From positions 1,108 to 65,107 of the forward strand of contig CAYWIT010000008.1 of NCBI GenBank assembly GCA_964458415.1: DNA of 64,000 nucleotides. Reading direction: 5' to 3'. This DNA comes from an uncultured Rhodospirillaceae bacterium (GTDB taxonomy: Bacteria; Pseudomonadota; Alphaproteobacteria; Micavibrionales; UBA2020). Below, piece by piece: positions 20,337 to 29,027 of the stretch. The notes under the pieces were generated by a model, which had not been told where the DNA came from, did not search any database, and saw only the letters and a program-made list of their open reading frames with translations. How positions within the stretch are numbered: position 1 is the first letter of the stretch; every line of letters begins with the position of its first letter. The position numbers were made by a program, and so were the translations under genes.

Positions 20337-21547
20337 TTAATGGATTTTGTAATGAGTTCGAAGGCACGCGCATTCCGTGCCCAGACGTTCAGGTTGTCTT
20401 GCTCTGTCGGGGTCAGGAGATACATAAAAATATACCATTCCCTGTCACCAAGGATGAGAATTTGCATTTCCTGATCTGCCTGACGTCTTTTTTTGAAGGC
20501 GATAGCGTAACTTTCCATCTGGGAGAGAAGGAAGCGGTCCGAGATGGGGTATTGAGCGCTGGAGAGAAGAGACTTGAATTCCAGGCCAAAAAAACTGGTC
20601 AGGTCTTTTTTCAATCGAGCGATTTCTTTTTTAAACGTCGTATCGGGATTGCGCCTGATGGCAATACAGTTGATATAGCCATCCAGTGTTCCAGTGGCTC
20701 CCTTGTTGTGGAGCTGGACAGATATCCGGTTCATGTCCTTGAAATCCGGAGAGACAACGTCCCATGATTGCGGATAGCTAAACTTGATCGCATCGACAAG
20801 GGTAAAGGCTTTCTGCTCTTCAATGGGGGCGTCTTGTTTGTAGATCAGGTTAAAGCTGTCGATGGATTTTTTTTGCAGGAAGGAAATATAGTCTTTCAGG
20901 GCAAGGGGGGCTTCGAAGCGGGCCAGAATGATCGTGTTTCCGTTAATCTGGACAGTGATATAGTTATATGAGCTGACGCCTTCCTGTACATAGATGTAGG
21001 CCGCAGAGGCGCGGCGTAAATCTGTTTCGATTACATCGTCCTGCAAGGCGTAGCCGCTGGTCAGGATATAGTTCCTGAGCCAGTTTTTTGCGGATATTTC
21101 CCGCGTGATCTGCTGTGCTTGCACGGTGACAAAGGCCTGATATGTGCCGATATAGGGACTGCGGAAACGCGCAATATCACCGAGGAGCAGTTTTTTCAGG
21201 TCCGGAGCGCTATCAAGCGAGATTTTATCTGCCTGCCAGTCGGCCGGGAGCCTGATTTCAAATTCAAGCCGCGTATCGTTAAAGGGGAGGACATGGTAAG
21301 TTTTGGCTTTTTCTTCGAATGAAGCGTCGTCGTGAATTTCCGGTTGTATTCCCTGTTCATTGGCAGGGAGGGCTTTTTTCGAGGCGCCGAAAAGAGAATT
21401 GATGTCCGCCACGCGATGAACAGGAAGAGCTTCATCTGTTGTTTCCGGCAGGGGGATAGCTCCCGCCGTAGTGCTGCCAATGATAGAATAAAAGAGGAGC
21501 GTGGCAAAGGAAAGGCAGCGAAAGGCGGATATGGATGCGGGTGACAT
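20333..21547 (-). CDS. hypothetical secreted protein
   Basis: 404 aa. N-terminal signal-like peptide (LSFATLLFYSIIGSTTAGA). No family recognised. Confidence 0.55.
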   Translation of the reverse strand: MSPASISAFRCLSFATLLFYSIIGSTTAGAIPLPETTDEALPVHRVADINSLFGASKKALPANEQGIQPEIHDDASFEEKAKTYHVLPFNDTRLEFEIRLPADWQADKISLDSAPDLKKLLLGDIARFRSPYIGTYQAFVTVQAQQITREISAKNWLRNYILTSGYALQDDVIETDLRRASAAYIYVQEGVSSYNYITVQINGNTIILARFEAPLALKDYISFLQKKSIDSFNLIYKQDAPIEEQKAFTLVDAIKFSYPQSWDVVSPDFKDMNRISVQLHNKGATGTLDGYINCIAIRRNPDTTFKKEIARLKKDLTSFFGLEFKSLLSSAQYPISDRFLLSQMESYAIAFKKRRQADQEMQILILGDREWYIFMYLLTPTEQDNLNVWARNARAFELITKSIK

Positions 21548-21565
21548 AAATCTCTCCTTCAGGGA

Positions 21566-21955
21566 TCAGGGTCTGATAACGGGAATTGGTCTTCTGTCTT
21601 CGCCGATGGCCACATAGGTAAATTTTCCCTCTGTGACCATATGCGCGATATCTCCCAGTCTGGGGCGCGCCCAGCTTTCGACATGAATGGTAATGGACGT
21701 TTTTCCGATGCGGTCGATGCGGGCATAGCAGCTGACTTCATCACCGACCAGAACGGGCTTGTGAAAACTCATGGCCTCCACGCCAACAGTGGCGACGCGG
21801 GCGCGGGCCTTTTTTGTGGCGATGACGCTGCCGGCCAGATCCATCTGGGACAGAAGCCAGCCGCCAAAAATGTCCCCGTTGGCATTGGTGCTTTCCGGCA
21901 TCGCAATCGTGCGGAGCGCCGGGCAGGTATCGTAATCTGGATCTTCGTAGGACAT
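21566..21955 (-). CDS. acyl-CoA thioesterase (hotdog fold, YciA-like)
   Basis: 129 aa. MPESTNANGDIFGGWLLSQMDLAG...VATVGVEAMSFHKPVLVGD is typical of YciA-type thioesterases. Confidence 0.8.
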   Translation of the reverse strand: MSYEDPDYDTCPALRTIAMPESTNANGDIFGGWLLSQMDLAGSVIATKKARARVATVGVEAMSFHKPVLVGDEVSCYARIDRIGKTSITIHVESWARPRLGDIAHMVTEGKFTYVAIGEDRRPIPVIRP

Positions 21956-22068
21956 CAGGTTTCCTGAAAATGCTTGTTACAGTGCGCCCGTTATTATAGG
22001 GGGATGCTGCTTCCATGTCCAAGGTTGCGTTTGACGTCAGAGCCTAAAATGCGTAGATTATCGGAATC

Positions 22069-24066
22069 ATGAGGGAAAATTTGAAAAAGACTGAATCAAA
22101 AAAAGACGCTTATTCCGCTGCGGATATCGAGGTTCTGGAGGGGCTGGAGCCTGTCCGGAAACGCCCCGGCATGTATGTCGGCGGGACAGATGCGCGCGCC
22201 ATGCATCATCTGGTCAGCGAGATTCTGGATAATGCAATGGACGAGGCCGTGGCAGGCTATGCCACGCGGATCGAGATCAATCTTCAGGCTGGAAACAAGG
22301 TGACCATCAGCGATAATGGTCGCGGCATTCCGGTTGATAATCACCCCAAGTTTCCCGGCAAATCTGCGCTGGAGGTTATTTTTACAACGCTGCATTCGGG
22401 CGGAAAATTCAGCGGCAAGGTTTATAACACCTCTGGCGGATTGCACGGAGTGGGCTCTTCGGTCGTGAACGCGCTGTCGAGCGAGATGACGGTCGAAGTA
22501 GCACGGGACAAGGAATTGTTCCAGCAAAGCTATAGCCGCGGCAAACCTTTGGGAAAACTGAAAAAGCTGGGCGCAACGAAAAATCGGGGAACTACGGTAA
22601 CTTTCGTGCCGGATACAGAGATTTTCGGTGAAGAGGCTGCGCTCAACCCTGCGACAATTTATAAACTGGCGCGTTCAAAAGGGTATTTGTATCGCGGGGT
22701 CGAAATTCACTGGACCTGTGCGGCAGAGCTTTTGAAGGGGTACGAAAAGATCCCTGAAAAGGATGTGATTCATTTTCCCAATGGGGTGCTGGATTACCTT
22801 TACTCCCTGATCGAGGGGCAAAAGCCGCTTACGCCAAAGCCCTTTTATGGCGCGGTTGATTTTCCGGACAACGAGGGGCGCTGCGAGTTTGCCATTGCCT
22901 GGACCGAGGAAGAGGTGCAGGGGTTCCTGTCATCTTACTGTAATACCATTCCGACGCCGGATGGCGGCGCGCATGTACAGGGGCTTCGTGCCGCTCTTTC
23001 CAAGGGGCTCAAGACCTACGCGGATCTGGTCAATAACAAAAAAGCAAGCATTCTGACACCGGACGATATTTTTGGTTCGGCAACAATTTTGCTGTCGGTT
23101 TTTATTCGCGATCCGCAATTTCAGGGGCAGACCAAGGATCGGCTGACCTCACCGCAGGCAACGCGCCTTGTTGAAAATGCGGTCAAGAGCAATTTTGAAC
23201 ACTGGCTGACGGGAGATAACGTCGCCAGTAAATATTTGCTGGATTACCTGATACAGGTGGCCGAGGACCGCAAGCGGAACAAGGACATGCAGGAAATGTC
23301 CCGTAAGTCGGCGACGCGCAAACTGCGGCTTCCTGGTAAACTGGCGGATTGCAGCCGGAAAACATCGGAAGGCACCGAGATATTTATCGTCGAGGGCGAT
23401 TCCGCAGGGGGGTCGGCCAAACAGGCCCGTAACCGCGAGACACAGGCGATCCTGCCCTTGCGGGGCAAGGTGTTGAACGTGGCGAGCGCGACATCAGATA
23501 AAATCCGCGGCAATCAGGAGATATCTGATCTTATTCAGGCGCTGGGTTGTGGCACAGGGCGTGATTTCAATATCGATAAATTGCGTTACGAACGCGTCAT
23601 TATCATGACCGATGCTGACGTGGACGGCGCGCATATCGCCTCTTTGCTGATTACGCTGTTTTATCAGGAAATGCGGGGATTAATCGAGCATGGCGCGCTC
23701 TATCTGGCATTGCCGCCGCTCTACAGGCTTTCGGCGGGGGGAGAGACTGTTTATGCAAGGGACGATGTGCATAAGGAGCAGCTCATGAAAACGGTATTTA
23801 AAGGGCGCAAAAAAGTTGAAATGAGCCGGTTTAAGGGGCTCGGCGAGATGCCGGCGGCCCAGTTGAAGGAAACAACGATGGACATGGGCAAGCGCAGTCT
23901 TATGCGTGTTGTCCTGCCCGAGGCCGAGCAAAAAGGAATCTCGGGCGGTGCAAGGGTGACGGGGGAAACCGCGCAGATGATTGACCGACTCATGGGCAAG
24001 AGTCCTGAAGCGAGATTTACCTTCATTCAAGAAAATGCTAAATTTGCGCAGGATATAGATATCTAA
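22069..24066 (+). CDS. parE: DNA topoisomerase IV subunit B
   Basis: 665 aa. GHKL ATPase (LEGLEPVRKRPGMYVGGT, EILDNAMDE, DNGRGIPV) and Toprim (EIFIVEGDSAGGSAKQ, IMTDADVDGAHI) motifs. The length fits ParE rather than GyrB. Confidence 0.9.
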   Translation: MRENLKKTESKKDAYSAADIEVLEGLEPVRKRPGMYVGGTDARAMHHLVSEILDNAMDEAVAGYATRIEINLQAGNKVTISDNGRGIPVDNHPKFPGKSALEVIFTTLHSGGKFSGKVYNTSGGLHGVGSSVVNALSSEMTVEVARDKELFQQSYSRGKPLGKLKKLGATKNRGTTVTFVPDTEIFGEEAALNPATIYKLARSKGYLYRGVEIHWTCAAELLKGYEKIPEKDVIHFPNGVLDYLYSLIEGQKPLTPKPFYGAVDFPDNEGRCEFAIAWTEEEVQGFLSSYCNTIPTPDGGAHVQGLRAALSKGLKTYADLVNNKKASILTPDDIFGSATILLSVFIRDPQFQGQTKDRLTSPQATRLVENAVKSNFEHWLTGDNVASKYLLDYLIQVAEDRKRNKDMQEMSRKSATRKLRLPGKLADCSRKTSEGTEIFIVEGDSAGGSAKQARNRETQAILPLRGKVLNVASATSDKIRGNQEISDLIQALGCGTGRDFNIDKLRYERVIIMTDADVDGAHIASLLITLFYQEMRGLIEHGALYLALPPLYRLSAGGETVYARDDVHKEQLMKTVFKGRKKVEMSRFKGLGEMPAAQLKETTMDMGKRSLMRVVLPEAEQKGISGGARVTGETAQMIDRLMGKSPEARFTFIQENAKFAQDIDI

Positions 24067-24117
24067 TTGATATCTAATGATTTATTTTCCACGGCCTTTG
24101 CGTTATGTTAATCAACA

Positions 24118-24146
24118 TTGACAGAATGTAGCAAGGCGTGTATCCT
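24118..24146 (+). promoter_or_regulatory. sigma-70-like promoter candidate (TTGACA-N17-TATCCT) for the 24202 gene
   Basis: TTGACA at 24118..24123, a 17-nt spacer, then TATCCT at 24141..24146. Confidence 0.35.
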
Positions 24147-24201
24147 TTTAGATAAGGTCAGGGCGATCGTTATGTGATCAAGAATAAAGGGTGTATGGAA
24201 C

Positions 24202-24879
24202 ATGGATATAAGAGCGGATTTCAAAAAAGCTGTCGCGGCAGGTCTGGCAGCAGTCACAATGTCGGGTGCGGCTTATGCCGGTGAATTTGGCGATAATGTG
24301 CGCTATGTGGATGAAGGGCAGCAGGTTTCCGTGCAGGAAAATGCAGCGCCGCAATTTCCGTGGTCAAAAGATCCTCGTTATATCGACCAGATGCAGAGAA
24401 CGCAGGCTATTTATGATGCCAACCTGAACAAGATCGAAGCGAACAGGGCTGCGGCAGAGCTGAGATGCAAGACGGACTCCCTTAACGCGGGGGCCAGACA
24501 GACAAACAGCGGTGTTGCTGCCCATAAGAGAGGCAGTGAACTTGGTCAGATCGGTGCAGTGCTCGGTGGTTTAGGAACGGCCAGCAGGTTTGCACAGTGT
24601 CAGGCAAATGTTGACGCTAGCGTTACACAGGCAAAATCCCAGCTTGATAGCAGCTTTATACAGAAGGAAGACAGTATTAACAAGGCGTTTGAACGGCAAT
24701 ATCAGGCCAAGGCGAAGCAGCAGCAACAAGCGTCCAAGCAGTCACAAAAAGCGGCGCCATTGGGTCATGATACTAAAGTGCAGCAGGCTTGCGAGGCTGC
24801 CGAGCTTAGGGCGATTAATACCGGCAAGGATTTGAACGCTGTGCAGAAAAAAATGTGCAAAGATATCCTGAAACGGTAA
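24202..24879 (+). CDS. hypothetical secreted Gln/Ala-rich protein
   Basis: 225 aa. Signal-like N-terminus (AAGLAAVTMSGAAYAGE). Low-complexity QQQQASKQSQK segment. No family recognised. Confidence 0.5.
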   Translation: MDIRADFKKAVAAGLAAVTMSGAAYAGEFGDNVRYVDEGQQVSVQENAAPQFPWSKDPRYIDQMQRTQAIYDANLNKIEANRAAAELRCKTDSLNAGARQTNSGVAAHKRGSELGQIGAVLGGLGTASRFAQCQANVDASVTQAKSQLDSSFIQKEDSINKAFERQYQAKAKQQQQASKQSQKAAPLGHDTKVQQACEAAELRAINTGKDLNAVQKKMCKDILKR

Positions 24880-24897
24880 CTTTTTACTTTTTTTGAA

Positions 24898-24930
24898 CAA
24901 AAACCCCTCTACAGAGGGGTTTTTGTTTTA
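24898..24930 (+). terminator. rho-independent terminator
   Basis: AAACCCCTCT-aca-GAGGGGTTT hairpin followed by TTGTTTT. Confidence 0.6.
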
Positions 24931-24949
24931 TGGGGGTATGACGTAAATT

Positions 24950-25435
24950 ATGCTGAGACGCGATTTTATAAAATCGGCCATGATGGGCTGCGCGGCTCTG
25001 ACGTTCATGAAGTGGGGACATGCACGGGCTGATCATGGCGCAATCGGGAGAGTGGAGATGAGCGTGGAAGAATGGAAAAAAAGACTGACGCCGGAACAGT
25101 TTCATGTCTTGCGCGAACAGGGGACGGAGCGGGCTTTTACCAGCCCGCTTTACACGGAGAACCGTAAGGGAAAATATGTTTGCGCCGGATGCGGTCTGGA
25201 GCTGTTTACATCGGATATGAAATATGAAAGCGGCACGGGCTGGCCCAGTTTCTTTGATGTCATTCCCGGCCATGTCGGAACCAGCACGGATCGCAACCTG
25301 CTGATGGAGCGTAAAGAATACCATTGCGCCCGTTGTGGCGGGCATATGGGACATGTTTTTGATGATGGTCCGGCACCGACAGGGTTACGTTATTGCAACA
25401 ACGGCGTGTCTTTGAAGTTTCTTCCGGAAGCGTAA
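24950..25435 (+). CDS. msrB: peptide-methionine (R)-S-oxide reductase MsrB with twin-arginine signal peptide
   Basis: 161 aa. The SelR domain has both CxxC zinc motifs (CAGCG, CARCGGH) and GTGWPSF. The N-terminus MLRRDFIKSAMMGCAALTF matches the Tat motif (RRxFIK plus a hydrophobic stretch). Confidence 0.9.
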   Translation: MLRRDFIKSAMMGCAALTFMKWGHARADHGAIGRVEMSVEEWKKRLTPEQFHVLREQGTERAFTSPLYTENRKGKYVCAGCGLELFTSDMKYESGTGWPSFFDVIPGHVGTSTDRNLLMERKEYHCARCGGHMGHVFDDGPAPTGLRYCNNGVSLKFLPEA

Positions 25436-25527
25436 CTCTGTTTTCATAAGCCGTTATTATTTATAAAAAACAGTTGCGTAACGGCCTGCTTTTTCCTATT
25501 GATTGGGGGCTTTATCAGCTTTTTGAT

Positions 25528-25612
25528 GCGGGCGTGGCGGAATTGGTAGACGTGCCAGACTTAGGATCTGGTGTCGCAAGACGTGTGGGTTCAAGTCCCT
25601 CCGCCCGCACCA
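25528..25612 (+). tRNA. tRNA-Leu (anticodon TAG)
   Basis: GCGGGCG acceptor stem pairs with CGCCCGC, followed by A-CCA. Anticodon stem-loop CCAGA-CTTAGGA-TCTGG. Long variable arm. 85 nt. Confidence 0.9.
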
Positions 25613-25668
25613 ACAAAAAGAGAAAAGCGTTTGAACAATGACCAGAAAAGAACGGAAAGTTTTATCCC

Positions 25669-27063
25669 ATGCAGATTACACAGACCAAACAGGAAGAGCT
25701 GAAACGCGAATTTACTGTCACGCTGTCGGCGGGCGAGATTGATCAGAAGATCAACGAAAAGCTGGAAGAGCTGGGTAAGACGGTCAAGATGCCGGGCTTC
25801 CGTCCGGGCAAGGTGCCTTTGTCGCTCCTGAAATCAAAATACGGCAAAGCCGTGATGGGCGAGGTGCTGGAAAGCGCCGTCAACGACAGCACGCTGAAAG
25901 CGATCAACGAGAATAATTTGCGTCCGGCCATGCGTCCGAAAATCGAAGTCAAAACATTTGACGAGGCAAAAGGTCTGGAATATACGATGGCCATTGAACT
26001 GCTGCCGGAAATCAAGCTGATGGACGTTTCGACGATCAAGCTGGAAAAGCTGGAAGCCAAGGCCGAGAAAAAATCCATACAGGAAACGCTGGAACGGATC
26101 GCCAAGGCGAATAAGGTCAGTGAAAAAATTGAAGAAAACCGCGCTGCAAAAACGGGCGATATCGTTGTTATCGACTTTGACGGCACGGTTGATGGCCAGC
26201 CATTCCCCGGCATGAAAGGCAATGACTTTGAACTGGAACTGGGATCGAAAAGCTTTATTGACACGTTCGAGGACCAGCTTGTCGGTTTGAAGGCTGGGGA
26301 AAGCAAAACAATCACAGTGACCTTCCCGAAAGATTACGGTCATGAAAAGCTGCAAGGCGTCGAAGCTGTTTTCAAGGTTGATGTCAAAGAGCTGCGCAAG
26401 TCGGTTCTGCCGGAAATGAATGATGACTTCGCCAAGAAGCTGGGCTTCGAGACGCTTGCCAAAGTCGAGGAAGTGATCGAAAAGCAAATTCAGGATGAAT
26501 ACGATCAGGTGGCCCGCATGAATCTGAAGCGCTCGCTTCTGGATGCGCTGGATGCAGGGCATGATTTCGAAGTTCCTGCCGGAATGGTGGAAGCCGAATT
26601 TGAAGGCATCATGCATCAGCTGAAAGGCGAGCATGACCATGGTCACAGCCATGATGAACCCGGTCATGTGCATGGGCCGGATTGTGCGCATGAGCATGGC
26701 ACACCGGAAGAGCGGGAGGAATATCACGGCATTGCAGAGCGTCGCGTGAAGCTGGGACTCGTCCTCGCCGAAATCGGTCGTCTTAACAAAATTGACGTGA
26801 CGAATCAGGAATTGCAGCAGGCCGTTATTTCCGAGGCGCGCCGTTATCCCGGAAAAGAGAAGCAAGTGTTTGAATACTATCAGAAAAACCCTCAAGCTTT
26901 GGAAGCTGTCAAGGCGCCGATTTATGAGGATAAAGTGGTTGACTTTATTCTGGAAAGATCTACAATCGATTCTCGAACAGTCACCATTGATGAATTGACC
27001 AAAGCCGCAGAACAAGAGCCCCCCAAGAAGGCGAAGTCTGGCAAGGCGAAGAAGTCTGCTTAA
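25669..27063 (+). CDS. tig: trigger factor
   Basis: 464 aa. MQITQTKQEELKREFTVTL...PGFRPGKVP ribosome-binding signature and a central FKBP-type region. Confidence 0.95.
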   Translation: MQITQTKQEELKREFTVTLSAGEIDQKINEKLEELGKTVKMPGFRPGKVPLSLLKSKYGKAVMGEVLESAVNDSTLKAINENNLRPAMRPKIEVKTFDEAKGLEYTMAIELLPEIKLMDVSTIKLEKLEAKAEKKSIQETLERIAKANKVSEKIEENRAAKTGDIVVIDFDGTVDGQPFPGMKGNDFELELGSKSFIDTFEDQLVGLKAGESKTITVTFPKDYGHEKLQGVEAVFKVDVKELRKSVLPEMNDDFAKKLGFETLAKVEEVIEKQIQDEYDQVARMNLKRSLLDALDAGHDFEVPAGMVEAEFEGIMHQLKGEHDHGHSHDEPGHVHGPDCAHEHGTPEEREEYHGIAERRVKLGLVLAEIGRLNKIDVTNQELQQAVISEARRYPGKEKQVFEYYQKNPQALEAVKAPIYEDKVVDFILERSTIDSRTVTIDELTKAAEQEPPKKAKSGKAKKSA

Positions 27064-27131
27064 AAAGTCGCTGGTGATTGGTTGTACAAGAGTGTGTGCC
27101 TGAACAAAAAAGCAAGGAAAGGTACGATAAG

Positions 27132-28058
27132 ATGAATAAAGATTTTAACGATATGGCTGGTGACAACAGGGATGCGGACCGTTACGATCCTGTTTCCCTG
27201 ATGTTCAAGGAACGCGTCATTATGGTCACCGGTCAGGTGAACAGCCAGATGTCTTACAACATCATTGCGCAGCTTAAAAAACTTGAATACATGGATCCGA
27301 CGGCGCCGATTACAATGGTAATCAACTCTCCGGGCGGTTCGGTCATTGATGGTCTTGCCATCTATGACATCATGCGCGAGTCAAAATGCAAGATTCTTAC
27401 CGTTGGTAATGGCATGCAGGCCTCGATGGGGTCGATCCTTCTCGCCGGTGGCGATGATCGCCGCATGACGAAAAACTCGATGGTTCTGATCCATCAGATC
27501 ATGGGCGGTGCAGAAGGCGGCACACAGCATTCCGATTTCGAAATTTCCGGCGCCTTCATGGCACAGCAGCACGAGACACTGAAAAGCGTTTACGTGGAGT
27601 TTACCGGCCTGAACCACAAGTTCTGGGACATCGTTGGCGAGCGTGATACTTGGCTGACGTCCGAACAGGCGGAGAAAATCGGCTACATTCATAAAATCGT
27701 GACGAACGAGAAGCCGCGCGGCCCCTATGCTGCGGATGCTGTGCGTTCGGATGATGCCGGTGGTCTTCAGGCAGCCCTGAATAAAACGACACGTGAATAC
27801 ATCAACAATATGACGGCTGATGAAATTGCACGTGCAATCAACAGCGGCGCGGCAGAAGGCGGGGTTTACTCCCGTATCCGTGGCGAATTGGTCGTAAAAC
27901 TGGCGGAGTTCCCAGAATTCTGGACAGAGACCAAAAAGGCGGAAATGGCTGCAAAAGCAGCGGCGTCTGCCGTTGCCAACGATGACACGCCGGTAGCGGA
28001 AGCTTCTTCTGCACCACAACGCGCAAAGAAAACGCGTGCTCCCAAAAAAGCGCGCTAA
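27132..28058 (+). CDS. ClpP-family serine peptidase paralogue with a C-terminal extension of about 110 aa
   Basis: Start at the ATG at 27132 (MNKDFNDMAG), preceded by AAGGAAAGG. S14 motifs are present: INSPGGSV, GMQASMGS (Ser), VLIHQIMGG (His) and GERDTWLTSEQA (Asp). The Ala/Lys-rich tail ends in QRAKKTRAPKKAR. Confidence 0.75.
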   Translation: MNKDFNDMAGDNRDADRYDPVSLMFKERVIMVTGQVNSQMSYNIIAQLKKLEYMDPTAPITMVINSPGGSVIDGLAIYDIMRESKCKILTVGNGMQASMGSILLAGGDDRRMTKNSMVLIHQIMGGAEGGTQHSDFEISGAFMAQQHETLKSVYVEFTGLNHKFWDIVGERDTWLTSEQAEKIGYIHKIVTNEKPRGPYAADAVRSDDAGGLQAALNKTTREYINNMTADEIARAINSGAAEGGVYSRIRGELVVKLAEFPEFWTETKKAEMAAKAAASAVANDDTPVAEASSAPQRAKKTRAPKKAR

Positions 28059-28094
28059 AAAAGGCTTAAATTCGTCTTATAACCTTGCTATGAT

Positions 28095-28133
28095 GAGATG
28101 GTCAGTTTTCAACAACTGGCCATCTCTTTTTTT
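28095..28133 (+). terminator. rho-independent terminator after the ClpP paralogue
   Basis: GAGATGGTCAG (28095..28105) pairs with CTGGCCATCTC (28116..28126), with one G-U pair, and is followed by T7. Confidence 0.6.
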
Positions 28134-28179
28134 GCCTGTAATATGCGGGCAGACAGAATAAAATAAACGGGGGAGTTCC

Positions 28180-28815
28180 ATGACTTATATTCCAGAGCAA
28201 ATGAACACGCTGGTTCCTATGGTGATTGAACAGACAGCGCGGGGCGAGAGGTCTTTTGACATCTATTCCCGTCTGCTGAAGGAGCGGATCATTTTCCTCT
28301 CTGGTCCGGTCAATGACTACGTCTCAAGCCTTGTTTGCGCACAGTTGTTGTTTCTTGAGTCTGAAAATCCCAAACGGGATATTTTCATGTACATCAATTC
28401 GCCGGGTGGCGTTGTGACCTCTGGTCTTGCGATGTACGACACCATGCAATATATCCGGCCCGATGTGGCGACGGTATGCATGGGGCAGGCTTGCTCGATG
28501 GGGTCATTGCTGCTGGCTGCGGGAGCTGCCGGCAAGCGTTACAGCTTGCCGAATTCCCGCATCATGGTGCACCAGCCTTCCGGCGGGGCTCAGGGGCAGG
28601 CGACGGATATCGAGATCCAAGCCAAGGAAATTCTCAATCTGCGTATTCGCCTGAATGAAATCTACGTCAAGCACACGGGGCAAAAGCTGAAGGCGATCGA
28701 AGAAGCGCTGGAGCGGGATCGCTTCATGAATCCCGCAGAGGCCAAGACATTTGGCCTGATCGACCAGATCGTTGAAAAGCAGCCTTTTGGCGACGAGGAA
28801 AAGAAAGCGGCCTGA
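28180..28815 (+). CDS. clpP: ATP-dependent Clp protease proteolytic subunit
   Basis: 211 aa. Canonical [48 protein letters not shown]. Confidence 0.95.
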   Translation: MTYIPEQMNTLVPMVIEQTARGERSFDIYSRLLKERIIFLSGPVNDYVSSLVCAQLLFLESENPKRDIFMYINSPGGVVTSGLAMYDTMQYIRPDVATVCMGQACSMGSLLLAAGAAGKRYSLPNSRIMVHQPSGGAQGQATDIEIQAKEILNLRIRLNEIYVKHTGQKLKAIEEALERDRFMNPAEAKTFGLIDQIVEKQPFGDEEKKAA

Positions 28816-28841
28816 ATTTCCCTATTCAATATGGTCTTAGA

Positions 28842-28884
28842 GAAAGCGCTGTCGTTAGATCGGTAGCGCTTTCCTCTTGTTTTG
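28842..28884 (+). terminator. candidate terminator after clpP
   Basis: GAAAGCGCT (28842..28850) pairs with AGCGCTTTC (28865..28873), followed by CTCTTGTTTT. The loop is long and the T-tract is interrupted. Confidence 0.4.
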
Positions 28885-29027
28885 GGATAAAAGAGCTCTA
28901 GTTTTTAAAGCAGAAAGAAGCCCACGCATCCGCTATATTTACGTAATGCAAAAGTTCGTAAAATATAAACTTTTCCGTCTCATAATGAAAAATGCAGGGC
29001 TCGTAACAAAAATAAAAGGTGAAATAG

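Noticed and set aside
24058-24078. Tandem direct repeat GATATCTAAT-T-GATATCTAAT spanning the parE stop codon.
   Set aside because: It has only two 10-bp copies. It is most simply a small local duplication of the gene end, and no associated structure or function is evident.
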